A stretch of DNA of 64,000 nt. It comes from Kondoa subrosea. Its lineage: Eukaryota. How positions within the stretch are numbered: position 1 is the stretch's first letter; each line of letters begins with the position of its first letter. The notes below the pieces were generated by a model, which saw only the letters and a list, made by a program, of their open reading frames with translations, did no database searches and was not told where the DNA came from. Positions 49,441-62,770 of the stretch are shown here, piece by piece. Where the stretch lies: positions 558,001 to 622,000 of the forward strand of contig BCIN01000006.1 in the NCBI GenBank assembly GCA_039545335.1, read 5' to 3'. The position numbers and the translations under genes are program-made.

Positions 49441-50986
49441 AATCACCTTGGGGTAAAGGTAGACCAGGTTGGCATATTGAATGTTCTGTGATGGCGTCCG
49501 AAGTGTTGGGAACTACTATGGACATTCATTCGGGTGGTTCTGATTTGGCTTTCCCGCATCATGATAATGAAATTGCTCAGAGCGAGGTAAGCTATTCAAG
49601 GTTACGGACAGCTACTTGTCAAATCCCTGATCGTCTTGCTAAGGCCTGCCATGATTGCCGACAATGGGTCAACTATTTCATACATACCGGGCATCTGCAT
49701 ATCGAAGGTCGCAAAATGAGTAAATCACTCAAAAATTTCATCACTATCAAGGTTTGCTAGGAGTTCTCTGCCTGATAACTGTGCTGATAAAGATGATCAC
49801 AGGAAACGCTGCAGCGACTGACTGCTCGACAGCTCAGAATGGCTTTCATGTCGCAACCTTGGCATGGCACCATGGATTTTAAGGAATCTGCAATGCAAGA
49901 AGTACGGACGAAAGAAGCGCTTTATAACGTATGTTCTTGCGTCAAATTAATATTTCTTGGCGCTCATCACCCATTCCAGAATTTCTTCGCAAATGTGAAA
50001 GCGCTGATACATAAAGCGAATTCCGAGCGAACTTTGGATGGCAATCATAATCACAATGATCCTGAAAGAGAACTTCTCAAGCGTCTTCATGAAGCTCAAA
50101 CAGATTTGCATGCTGCTCTCTGTGATTCGTTTGATACGCCTAAAGCACTTGATATACTCGCAAACTTGGTTTCTACTGCGAACATCTACATCAACTCTGG
50201 ATCTAGTATACCGAATACTGCACCGCTCGAAGCGATAGCTATTTGGGTAACCAGAATATTGAGAGTGTTTGGTTTGGGTGAAGGACCAGGAACAAGATTT
50301 GCAGGTCAAGAAATAGGTTGGGGAGACCTTCAGGATGAGAACAGCTCTATGTCTAGTGATGTGAGTCAGTTCTACCACAGGTCGACCTAAAACTGACGGT
50401 AGCGATATAGCGAGAGTCGATACTTCTACCTTACCTATCCGTCTTGTCTAAATTCCGTGATGAAGTGCGGCGGCAAGGTCGAGGCAACAAAGAGCTCATG
50501 AAGCTCTGCGATAGGCTGAGAGATGAGGATCTAGTTGAGCTGGGAGTAGCTGTAGACGATCAACCAGGTCAGTCCAAGATCGGCTTAGCTCACTTTGAGG
50601 CTAAACAAATATGTGGCTTGACAGATGGGCATGCACTGGTCAAGCTTGTACCTCGGGATCAGCTGATACGAGCAAGAGAAGAGAAACAGGCTGCCGCGAG
50701 CGCTAAAGCAGCAAAAGCGGAAGAGAAACGACAAGCAGCCGCAGCTCTTGCCAAAGCCAAAGCAGAATCAGAAGCTAAAGATCTCGAGCTGGGTCGATCA
50801 ACACCTAAAGAATACTTCGCAGCACAGGCAGACAAGTACAAGCAATTTGACGAAGAAGGGCTGCCTTCACATGATGCGACTGGAGATCCATTGGCCAAAG
50901 CAGCGATAAAAAGGCTCAAGAAGGAATGGGATGTGCAAGTGAAGAGGCATGACAAGTATCTGAAGTCTCAGCAGCAGGCTGCATGA
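48206..50986 (+). CDS. CRS1: Cysteinyl-tRNA synthetase (in-frame ATGs at 48206 and 48281)
   Basis: [83 protein letters not shown]. Confidence 0.97.
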
Positions 50987-51447
50987 ACATCAATGCAAGC
51001 CATTGTATTCGTTACACAGCAGGGAATATCTTTACCGTCCCAATGTGCGAGATGTGCCATCGCTGAGCAATTCTATATACCTATATAAGTTCTCGCTTTT
51101 ACCCTACTCCGCCGCACTTGGGGGCCTATAAGCACCTTAAAACGTCGTAAATGAGACCGAGTAAGGTAACTGAGGTCGGACCAGGTAATCGCGCTCTTTC
51201 TCGACTGCCTATGCACATCAGAAGATCAATGAGAGCCGAAACAAGCTGGCTTACTGCTTGGGTCTCGATCGTTTCGCCCTTCACCGCACGACTGCACCAT
51301 TCTTTGGCATACGTAGGTGTCCAGCAGATGTGCAAGTCAAAGCTAAAACAGTTGGTCAGCTACAATTCACAGAGCAAGACAAAAACATTATACTCACGTT
51401 ACATTGGAAGAAACCGGATTCATCCCTTCTCGTGCCCGTATCAATGA

Positions 51448-52341
51448 TCATTGTATCAATCCCAAAGACTTGAAGAACATAATGTAAGCCGCACATCGAT
51501 GAGCAGCAGACCACTTGTCCCCCTCCGGTTCCGCTAACCCAACTTCAGAGAAGAATCGATTGGGTTCTTGAAAGACTTTAACTTCTTTTTCCGTGTAAGA
51601 GCCAAGGATCAATTGTAAAATTTCGAGATAGAGAGGAGAATTGGAAGGTAAGCATGGGAAAGGAAGGTAGTCGATCTATTTCCGAAATAATATCAGCATG
51701 GCGGGCGGTTTAAAGGGTAGGCTTCCTTTATCGCGTGGTAACGACCGAGATTCATAAGAACTTACTTCTAAGATGATCCCTTGAGTAGTATTACCATTCT
51801 CTCGCCTTTGAACAATCGGTGCAGCTCGAATGGAGAAGTCTCGCAATGTATAGCAGTATCCCTCTATGGTGAAAGCAGTTGGTCTGGCTGTGCCATAGAG
51901 GAATTTACTATCAGTGCTAAGCTTAACCTAGAACCTTTCCCACGCACATGACCAGCCTGGAGCTCGCGAATCTGGGTTGACAATCTTCTTTGCCATCAAT
52001 TGTTCAAAGGTCTCGTCCCATTCAGTTATTGTATATCTCAGATGAGGCTCGACAGAAGCATTTGAAGAAGATGAAGAAGAACGGAAGGGAGCGTTTGGGT
52101 CTTCAATGAAAGTCGCGATAGTAGCTTCACCAGGATTTAAAGCTGTTCGCATATGCCACATGCTTCTTGGTCTTACATTGCTCGGACCAGTTTGGCCAGG
52201 ATTGAAGCGGAAAGTACGAATCACAGTTGTAGATTTGGCTATGATGGTAGCTCCATGGAAAGCAACCAGATTCTCCCTTAGATAGGTGGGAGAAGGTCTA
52301 TCTGTTCGCTCCGGTGTAGGAAACCAGCAAGCCAGCAGCAT
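51448..52341 (-). CDS. MED20: Mediator subunit Med20 (Srb2)-like; true start may be slightly upstream
   Basis: The spliced product contains FTIEGYCYTLRDFSIR...GIILE|IDYLP, a Med20-type pattern, and ends HRCAAYIMFFKSLGLIQ*. Confidence 0.7.
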
Positions 52342-53128
52342 AACGCGTGCGAGCGGTGCTCGACTGTTTCTCGATAACTTCGCTCACGGTACTTGACCTG
52401 CGACGAACGACTGCATACGCCTCACCTGCCTTCTAATTACGATCGACAGCTCGCACAATAGAGCTCTCTAATGAAAGCACTGCTGTAGAAGTTTCAGAGA
52501 CTCGAAAAATTCGACAAAGGGCCTTCATTAATGTACAGAACGCCTCAAAGTCTCCAATCACGGCTTACTGACAATACATACGCTAAGATGCCCAGCTGAC
52601 TGTATCCTGTCTCATTACTGTACACTGGGATCCAATCTAGTTCATTTCGAGCGACCGAAAAGAATCCGCCGAACACAACAGCCATGCTTCTAGACCCTGC
52701 TGTACTATTCTTCAGCCGGGGCGGATGACCACCTCTGTCCAGAACTCGCATGTTCAGTGTATTTCGACCTTCTCTTTATTCTTTTGTTAAAGATGCGAAG
52801 ACATTAGAATGCTTAGAAAATTGACAAGAGGCTGAGTGGTAGTTAAATTACATCTTCTGTCCATTGTTCTTTCGGGTTACTTATAACGCTACGCCTCTTC
52901 CGCGCATGCTCGCTGTTATGTGCTCCGTCACCTCTTGTCTTTTTCATTATCCCTGTTTTCATTATCAGCATCTTACAGTTCTGGAAGAATCCGAAGTGAC
53001 TGCTGACCCGGACGCGTGCGTACCCTTACCATATGATGCTTGCCGGCAACGTTGGGTTTAATGTTTGTTTTCACTTCTTCACAGACCCCTTTTCTCTCTC
53101 GCTCCCCTCGATCGACTTCATTTGCAAT

Positions 53129-54588
53129 ATGGCCTTTTACTCTAACCTTCCCGCGATTCCTCTTCAGCAAGCCGAGTAAGTCGCCTAAGTCTTTCCTTAT
53201 TGGGTACGCGTGCTAAACGTTCCTTTTCCTTATGTTCAGCTGGACAGACGATCAGCTCAACGAATTGATGTCTTCACTCAGCGATAATGAAGTTCTCTTC
53301 GACAGCAATCACACCTCAGCTACTTCTCCAGTACCAATTCCATCTTCAGCAAATGACGAAGTCAGCTATGCTCTCGCGCCAAGTACAGCTCCGGCTCCAA
53401 TCTTTCTTGACAGTCAGTGGGCGCCAAGGTACGCCTCAACATCTCAATGTCTAATGATATGTCACATTCTGATCTTTGCACTTATCGTACAGACGCAGAG
53501 GCGCATTTAGTGGTCCAGATGAAGGCATGCTTTCCACTTCAGCACCCACACCTTCGCTTTCCCCAAGTTCTTCTTGTTCTTCTGCTTTATCATCAATCAC
53601 GTCAATGCGGAGCGCCAGTCCCACTCAGATGAATTACGCGATGCAACATCCTATTCCTTTGGGCGACAGAACTTGCGACGCACCTCATAGCGCGTATGGA
53701 TCAAGTTTCCCTACTTCTGATCTTCTTCCAACTCATTCAGCGCCAAATTACTCATCTGCACCTCATTATCAATATTACAGCGCTCAATCTGCTCCAATTC
53801 ACATGGCTGGTTCCATGTCTTACGCTTCGAATTCAGCAGACCAAAATATGCCTTCATCTTGGGGAAGAACACCTAGAATGAGATCAAGCTCTCGCGCTTC
53901 CCCTTATGTCGGTTCTCTCTCACCTAGGAAAGTCTCTCACCTCGATCTTCCTCCGCCTCCTCTTTTCACTCAATTCGATCCCCATGCTGCTCCGCGATCT
54001 CGCGCGAACACGATGCATTCATATGGTCAAGACCCGAGCTCTGCTCCAGCTCATCTGACCAGCTACGGGAGACCGGAGCCAGTCAGATCAAGGTCAACTA
54101 GCAGCAATACACCTCGTTTACCGAGTTCTCTGAAAGCAAAACGAGCTCAGGTAGCTCAACAAAAGAAAGCGTGAGCTTTTCCCTATTTGTCCGAGAAAGA
54201 TCGGTCTGACTCTTCTATTAAAAGGTCTCTCCGCGCTACTATGGCAGTCGCAAAACTTCCTTCTTCCGGCCAAATTTCACCTTTACCTAGAACTCCCTCG
54301 CCAACTTCTGCTTCAGCCCCTACTTCACAACAGTCGCAACCTCTTTCTTCATCATCAGAAGAAGCAGAAGCCGCATCACCAACCTTAGCTGGAGTCTCAA
54401 AAGCGGAAGCAATAGCAGCACTAAACACTTTGGAAGCTTTCTTATCTAAAACTGTTCTCGAAGATCGACCAGCAGACCTCAAGAGTTCTCCTTCTTCTTG
54501 CACTAAATCGACTGCTGAAGGTGAATTCAATCAATCGCACCGCGATCTGATCAGAGAACTTCAAAATCGATTGATGGGACGCGCCTGA
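53129..54588 (+). CDS. Hypothetical Ser/Pro-rich, largely disordered protein
   Basis: Starts MAFYSNLPAIPLQQAD|WTDDQLNELM. Three GT-AG introns link ORFs 53232, 53476 and 54187, and there is a short helical C-terminus (AEAIAALNTLEAFL). Confidence 0.65.
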
Positions 54589-55081
54589 ACAAGCTTAACA
54601 CCATTTCCTCCAACTCCGATAGCTACACTAGTCCTCCCCTTACACTATATCGCTCCTTGATTCGCCTCCATTGGCTCTTCGCCCTCTCTTACCGCTAGTG
54701 TCACAAAATGTCAATGATCAGTCTTTAGCTTTTTGTCACCTTCAGTATCATTTATGCAACAAAAGCTGCACACAAGTATACATACACCTCTGAAGCTTCT
54801 TTCCCCTCTGGCTGGCTACTGAGGGGAAAAGAACTCGACCTGTTGTTGTTGTACCGCTCTGGCTCTTTTGTTGCTGTTCTACGTTCTTTTGTCATTTCAT
54901 CGTTGTACAGGAGCAGTAGGGAAGGGTATTTATAGCTTGTGCCTTGTAGAATAGCCATTACTCACTGTAATCTTCCTTGAAGGAATATTATTTATTCGCT
55001 CTTTCTTCACCTCGTGTTCTCTTTGCTGTGACCTTGCTTTCATATGTAATGTAATAAAAGAAATGGTATTGCATGCTCTAA

Positions 55082-55100
55082 TGTCTGTCTGTCTGTCTGT
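55082..55100. repeat. (TGTC)n microsatellite
   Basis: tgtctgtctgtctgtctgt read directly from the sequence. Confidence 0.8.
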
Positions 55101-55106
55101 TTTCGC

Positions 55107-56714
55107 TCACATACCAATGCTTTGCTGTTTGCTATCGTTCCAAACATTCTTAGCAGCTTCAGGTTCTTCAATCTCCTTCTCATCCTTCTCATCAGTCAAG
55201 ACAACTGGCTTCTCATCGTCTGTTCCTGGATTCTTCTTCTGAGCCAAGAAAGTAGCAGCCGTATCTTTGTGTAAGGAATAGCGAGGAGGTAAAGAACCAG
55301 CTTGTCCTCCTCCTTCTTCTGCTTCTGCATTATCGACGACGACCCATGAAGAGAATTCTCTTTCCTTAGCTGGAACAGCGGGTGCAGGAACAACAACAGC
55401 ACCAGGTAGAGGTAGTACTAGACTTTCGTTCGAATCCGCTGCTGCATTGGCTTCGGCTCGAACTTCATCTTGAGCTGTAGTATCGCTGAGAGATCTGTAG
55501 ATGCTGAATTGGACTGACATAGCCATGAGTTGAAGTAGCTATATTGAGCAATAAGTAAGCTTAGCAAGTCGAGTTGACAAGCTTGCTTACACAGGCAGAT
55601 GCAATCAAGAAGGTGGCGCCTCCTTGACTGACCAATGCTGTATAGCCTGAAAGAGCCATATCGCCAGCAGCCATAAAGGTAATGGTAGTGAACTAGAGAA
55701 GCTGTCAGAGCAGACCGGAAGCAGATTTGTATCACTTACAAGCCAGGCAATGACAGTAGAGAAGAAGGAAATTGTCATCAAGCAGGGACCGACACCAGGG
55801 TAAGTCAAGAAGACATCGCGATGATACCTTGAAACTTGAGGTCAGTATAAGTTTCCTTGTGTAATGTGATAGACTTACTGAGGTCTCTAGCAAGTAGGTC
55901 GAGCGTAGCTGAAGAATGACAAAGTGCTATAGTAAAGCATATATCCACTGCAAACTGCTCAGCTTTTTGGGCAAGCTATCCTTTGAAGCGAGAACTCACG
56001 TTAAGCCAGTAGCGACCGGAACTGAGACCATTGTTGGGCCCAAACCTTTCAAAGACTCGACAGCAGCCAATAAAGTGGGCATAGAAGCCTTGAAAGCTGT
56101 AAAGATCGCGCGTTCGAAGAACCCGAAGGATGTCGAAAGAGACGCAAACTTACCGACTGATTTAGACAAAGATCCATCCATCTTGATGACAGTCTTATTG
56201 TAAAGTAGATCCTTGTAACCTTCCTGTAATCGACCAGCACAGCTAACCGAATTTGGACTATTATCTCCCGTCAAACCAGCGCAGACATTCCAAACACCAA
56301 TTCGGACTGTGAATTGACCATCACCGACTGAATGAGATAGAGGTGAGTCGAGACCGGTGGAAATGGAAGGCAAGCCGATGATAGTAGGCGATGCTGGATC
56401 TTTACGGCGAAAAGTATCGACCTTGACGGTAGCTTTTCGATCAATCAGCTGAGACAGCAGAGAGGGGATATGCGATGGCTTACCGACTGCTAGTCTGGAA
56501 GTAGGAGTAGCAGAAGCAGCGATCAGAAGAGCGAATGAGGCGGTGAGCAGAGTGATCTATCGCAAAGCTTTAGCTGAATGCCTACTTTGAAGAAGAAGAA
56601 ACAACGGACGCAGAAGAGACGCATGATAGCCCATCTGGGAGTCGCCTTCTTCTTGCCTTCTTCAGTATTTGGAGATCGGGGTGGAGCAGTGAGAGGCTGC
56701 CATCTTGAGGCCAT
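55107..56714 (-). CDS. SUR7/PalI-like tetraspan membrane protein
   Basis: N-terminal TM (ITLLTASFALLIAAS), RIGVWNVC...SC ectodomain motif, further TM exons, and an acidic tail with an LPPRY (PY) motif. Confidence 0.6.
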
Positions 56715-56866
56715 ATTCAAAAGCGATTCGATTTAGCGTTGTATTTGTAGACGGACCAGCCGTAGGTTTGACAGATAGAAGAAAGAGAGACAAAGTGGTT
56801 GAAGAGGAAGAAGAAAAGAAGCGACTGAAGGACAGAATGATCTGGCGCCGACAAAGGGAAGTCATT

Positions 56867-57443
56867 TCATGATTTGACGATCGCTCTGATTCGAGTTGTG
56901 AACTTCTCGCTTCGTATAGGCATTTCAGCAGAGTAGAACGGATCCTTCAATTGATCAGCATAAGCTTCATAAACCTTTGCGAGAACGGTCTCTGTCGTGG
57001 GATGAGATGGTGAGCTGATCAGAACCAGCTTCGTCCCTGTAGGAGTCTGCATGCAGGACATCTTGAAGGTTTCCGCTTCGATAACCTCGACGCCAGAACT
57101 TGGTCCAGTCGGATTCAAGCGAGCTGTGATTGCGTGAATACCGTGAAAGGTTCCAGCAAGCACCAGATATTCGTTTGAGGTGAGTCCTGGCAGGCCATCT
57201 GCGTTGGATGGTTAGATACTGATCTAGCATTCATGCAAGGGACAGGCAAACCTTCATAGTTTTGTTGATAGATCAGACCGCCTGCTTTATTACTGTACCC
57301 AGATGATGCTCCCATCAGCAATGGCTGAGAAGAGGACCACTCTTGCATACATAATCCAAATGCCAAAAACTTGAGAACTTGCGACGACGTAATGCTGTCA
57401 GCATGTGACGGCCGTAGCGCTCATTGACGACTCACGATGACAT
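56867..57443 (-). CDS. TRS23: TRAPP complex subunit Trs23 (synbindin)
   Basis: NKAGGLIYQ, LTSNEYLVLAGTFHGIHAI, QTPTGTK, LKDPFYSAEMPIRSEKF. Confidence 0.95.
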
Positions 57444-57721
57444 GCTGTCCTCTTTTGCCAATCAGATAAAATAGCGCTGTATTAGCAGTTGCTCGCCAAG
57501 CTTTGATTTTGAGGCAACAACAATGACATCTTTGGCTTTTTAGGTCAGCAGCTCACTCTCGAGAGAGCAATGTCAACGAATGTGCACGTATAATCCAAAA
57601 GCTATGTACAACATTAGAAGTAAATCAATCGCACTGCGACTTGATGTATAATTGTCCAAGATGTTTATACTGACCCAAAAGCCTACCATCTTCTTCTTTC
57701 CTGTGATAAGCATTGAATTGA

Positions 57722-60333
57722 TCACACGATTGTTCCTCTGACTACTTTGGTCTTTCTCAACATATTCTGATCACATCAAATAAGCGACACTTCACATAGT
57801 GGACAGGAGAGACACGTACTTCATGAGCTTTCCTGTCATATGGTGGATCCGCGCCAGTGCCGACGATCAGCTTCGTAGCAATGGAAGGAACGCCTTCAAA
57901 CAATGGTCAGCATTCAGATCAAAGCCTTCTGTAGAGGGAATTGCTCACCTTTTGAGACAACGAAGAGGTAACCAGGACCGGGCGGGTACCTGGAAAGAGT
58001 TGGTGAGTATTCTACTTCTCGCGCGGTTTGGGGAAAGTACGTACATGTTACCATTGCTTGGGTTCTCGAATGTGATTTGACCTCCTTTAGTAACTCGAGT
58101 AATTTTGAGTTCCACCAAACGTTGATCAATAGCAACACCATGAGTTCGGAAACCGCTGAATCACTCCTTTTGAGCGCATTTCGACAACTCGAGTAAAGAA
58201 GAACTTACAAGTCCATAAGAACAATGGAAATGTCGCCTGTAGAGGTACCTGTAGGCCATCGTACTTTGATCGAAGTGGTTCCGCCATAGGACAATTTAGC
58301 TGGAACTCCGCTCTTGAACGAAGGCCGTGGTTTGGTCATGTAAGGTGGTGAAAGATTCTCGATTGTGTATTCGGTGTGGTAAGTCTTGTCCGTGACATCG
58401 CTGGAACAAGGATCAGCACATCTCTAGCTATGTGTTAGGCAGGTCTTACGCATTTGGGTTCGATCCTGCAATGAGAATGCTCCCATCGGCGGTGATAGTA
58501 GCGACCGAATGATACCTGTAGGTTACATTGAAGAACATCAGCTTGACGCAAGCTGGAAGGTTCAAGAAATGACCTACAATCTAGCGATCTTTGATGCAGG
58601 AAGATTCTGCCATCTCCTGTTACCGCTACCGAGCGGATCGTAAAGCAGACCAGCGAAAGCAGGATTTCTAGCGTTTGATTGTCCAACCATATCAGGAACA
58701 TTGCCTGTGTGAGCGTATGCTCGCCACATCAGCTCTCAGCTGAAAAAAGCGATCATTCCCCGCACCGTAGCCAGCAATACCAGTATTCGCACCATTGAGA
58801 ATGACTACTTTCCCATCAGGAGTCAATACCATTTCTCCCATTACTCTACCAGTTTTAGTGGGTAATTGTTCTACAGTCCAACCTTTCTTAATTCCTGCAG
58901 TGTTCAGTTGCATTCGTTGACATTGCTTGCTCGTTCTAGCTTGGGAAGACATGTATTTCGCATCTTGTTTGTCATTGACGGTACTTCCACCGCAAAACAT
59001 AATCTAAACAATCATTGATTGAGCAATCGCACATGCTATTTAGACTGTAGCTTACTTCAGGAGTCCAGTTATTGGCTACTGTGAGGGGTAGGAGAGCAGA
59101 AGCAGCCGTGAAAGGGTAGGTGATTCGTACACCGTTGGGCATATCAGGTAAACGCATTTCTTGACCAGTAGCGTAATTGAAGATCATATTGATAGTATTG
59201 GCAGCAACATAGACTCTTCCAGAAGGCAACAAGTACATGACTGGAAACAAGTTGGAGTTGAGTGCAGAAGCCAGGAAATTTGAATGAAGTTGTAGACCGC
59301 CATTGTATGATTTGGTAGGGAAGAACTCGTAGGAAGGATTATCAGTATCTTTGGCGTTGTTGAAGCCTCCCTCTGTCATTCCGCCCATGACTAAGACTGA
59401 ACCATCGCTGATTCGCACAACACCAGGATACCAGCGAGAACCAGCTAGACGAACAGTGTTTGGCCATTCTTTGATTGAGCAACCACTATGACCGAGCATC
59501 AATGATCAGCAAAACTTTGCAATACATCGATCTCGCTCACTTGTCATTGCAGTTGTCGAATATTCTGACACCCATGATACCGTTCCCGTCATAATACGAG
59601 GCTTTACTGACAGCTGGATTACCTCCGATATTTACCATCGTTCCGTTTGAAAGCCACGATCCACCAGCGCAGAAACTGGGCATCTCTTTATTAACCGCCT
59701 TTGCGGGCAATGACAAAGCAATTTACCTGTTTGTCTGAGCATCCAACGGAATACTCTTTCCAGTACGTAAATTGAGCCATTGGACCCAGCCTGCATGTTT
59801 GGGATATTTGCCATTGGCTGCTATCTGAAGAGGGTTGTTTTCCGCCTTGTCGATGATGCTGTCCGCCGGCGTTTGCGCTAAGCGATCATTCACTAGCAGG
59901 CTCGTAATTGGACGAACAGAACTGAATCACGACCAGTAACAGTCAATTGCATGGCGCTGACTTGCGATTTGAGTTTGTTAGTCCTTAGTACAGATTTGCC
60001 TGTCCAAGCAGGACCTGTCCGTCGCACAGACAGAGCACATAAGCATCTATGTGCCAATATTCGCCAAGTGTACGGACCCATTGCACGCTTCCAAAGATGA
60101 TGGTCTCCGTCTTCTGCTTGGTACTGTTCATCCAAAGCATCTCCACCAACTAATTCCAGCATAGTCTCATTTGTAGCAGGCATAGTATCGAGGTAGAAAC
60201 CGTCCAAGCCGTTGCTGTTGGATTCCCTTTTATGCAAGGCCATCCGTTCATGAGTGTTGGCTTCCGTTCCAGGTGCGGTAGACAGACATATCGCTAGAGT
60301 GATAGTCAAAAGTAGAGAGCGACTGAGGGCCAT
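57722..60333 (-). CDS. Secreted copper radical oxidase / glyoxal oxidase (CAZy AA5_1)
   Basis: Signal peptide, VSAMQL, FCAGGSWLSNGT, RWYP, YPFTA, YHS, IAGSNPN, GFRTHG, VPARSWL. The Cys/Tyr/His ligand motifs are present. Confidence 0.92.
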
Positions 60334-61003
60334 GTTGGGCAGCAGCGAGAACAAAGCAGAGCAGTCAGGAGTTCTTGTGTTTATCTCAGACTGGACGCGT
60401 TGCTTAAGGGTATAGCGGCAGGTTTGCCAGAGTGTTGTAGATGAGTGAAATGAGCGTAAAGCAAGTCACAGACTTGGAGAGAAAGGCGAAAGAAAGTGGC
60501 AGATGAAGAGAAAAGGAGCTTTGACCTTCCCTCGCTCGGCAGGTTGTTTTGAAACCATTGGAAATAGAGTTGCCGCGCAACGGCACAGAAAAGCTTGTGT
60601 CTTCAATCATCCTTGCGGATCGCTTGCTGCTGACCTGCAGAATTAGGCAGGATTCAATGCTTCGAAGCGAAACTCGAATGTCGAATGTCTTGCCAAATCT
60701 TGCCCAAGAAGCCTATCTCTCTTGTCCTCTGCGATGCTATCTTCAGTGCTGCTGTCTATTCTTCTAATCTCGGTTCTTTCTTCGTATTATGCTCAATTTC
60801 TGGTCATCTGCAAATGTCTCTCATGCTGTAGCGATTCCGAGCAGCTGCTCATACTCTGCCCCTCACCGCGATCATCAGTCTTGTCGCGGTCACGCTCCAG
60901 TCAGCTAATGAACACTGCCCGAACGCTTCTTCGCCAAAAAGCACCGCATTCTTCATTTATGTCCTAATTTCGTTACTCTTTTCCTCTTATCTAAAGCACT
61001 GCA

Positions 61004-62609
61004 ATGCCTAGCCCATTAAGGATACCTCAATCTCCTTTCCTAAATCATGATCTCCTGCTTTCCCCCAGTCCAACAATCTTAGGCTTACCATCTTTGCAGA
61101 AAGTCTTGCCTAGCAATATCGTTCTCCGTGATCTCATGAGCACTGATGCAGTAGCTCTCAATGATCTGTTCAACGAATTGATTAGGCTTGACCATGTTCT
61201 TGATTTGGTCAATGAAAGAAGTTTGGGAGAAAGGCAAGAATGGGTTGAAATGATGCTTAGACGAAGATACCCTTGCGTTGTCGCTACTTCTCATAGTCAA
61301 GTCGTTGGCTTTTGCGCTTTGCAAGTAAGTTTCTAGATTTCCCTTTGTTTTTGCGATACAGAGCTGATAGCCATATAATAGCCATTCAATGTGGACGAGA
61401 CGAATTGCGCTGTGTTCAGTGGAATGTTGCAATGTTGCGTTGCACATTCATATCGGTAAGTCCAAGTCATTCGCGTCCGATATCTAAGCTGATGTCCGAC
61501 CAGACGACAAGGGCTCGCCAGTCATATGTGGCATTCGGTGCTCACACATCGCTTCACAGAAGAGCGGAAACTCTACGTAGCTTACAGTCCGTTTCCTACT
61601 TTCCATACATGCCTCGAACTCATTAGTGATGAATTTAGCCGATCTCTTATCGTGTAACATCGCAGCTAATCGAGCTATCAAGAAATGGAACTTCAAGCAG
61701 GGCGGTCAAATCCCTTCCATAGCACTACAAAATGGGAAACTGCATGACCAGATCTTTTACTCTGCTTTCATTTCTCCTCCGCCTGATATCAGTGAAATTG
61801 CTTTCCCTGTCAAAGCACCAGAATCGGAAAGCGAGTCTAGCGGAACTGAAGCTAAAATAGAGGAAGGTGAAATCAAGACTTCTGTTCGGGATGCTACTTT
61901 GGAAGATATACCTTGCAGTAAGCCTTTGGGGGTTTCAAAGTATGATTTTAATTTCTGCGCGTTGTCTAGTAACGAAGGTGCTTTGCCATACCAACACTCT
62001 CCGAATGATTTACTTACATTCCCTCGACAGATCGCTAATGAAGTAATTCAAAACTCGACAGCATTCGAATGGTTCACTCCAAGATCTGAAGAACAGATGA
62101 AAGACTGGCTAACAGAAGTACAAGAGCAAGATCTATATTGCTTAGTCGCTGTTGAAAAAGGAAGAGTCATTGGCTACTTTGCTTTAGAACCGTATGCTTT
62201 CAAGCCATTTCTGCTATCCTAATGACATTGTGAATAGTTATGATTATGGCGAACGAGATGTCTATCCTTTTGTCGCGCAAATTGTTGTCTTCATCGAACC
62301 AGCTCGAAGGCGGAAGAAGATCGGAGAACTACTCTGGCGAGCTGCTCTGGCACACCCTAACATCGCAAAAAGAGGATTGCGGACGGTCATTGGTGATGTA
62401 GCAACATGCAACAGTGCCAGCTTGAACGCTGCTTTGAAGGCCGGGTAAGTCTTGATTGTCAATTGTAACGCAAGAAAGCTGAAGCTCGATCAAGTTTCAA
62501 GATGATGGTCAATGTGAACAGGCTGGAGTGCAAATTTGGAGAATGGCTCGACAGTTGTTGGGTGGTAAAGCAGCTTCAACGGCCTGATGCATCTCAAAGA
62601 CAAAGGTAA
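61004..62609 (+). CDS. Tandem GNAT acetyltransferase (phosphinothricin/YncA-like, two domains)
   Basis: Domain 1: LRDL...YPCVVA...VVGFCAL...YRRQGLA...GKLHD. Domain 2: VRDATLED...IANEVIQNSTA...VIGYFAL...RRRKKIG...NSASL...KFGEWLD. Confidence 0.8.
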
Positions 62610-62770
62610 TTGGGAGACTACTGTCACATCTGCGAAGTATTCTGTCATGAACGATATTACATGGTATTCAGGAGGTATTTTGTACAGCTTTGTGCAATGG
62701 CATATTTGTGCCCTATTTACACTTTATTACAGTCAATTACGGTCCACGAAGCTTGCGCAGCTGCTCAGAT

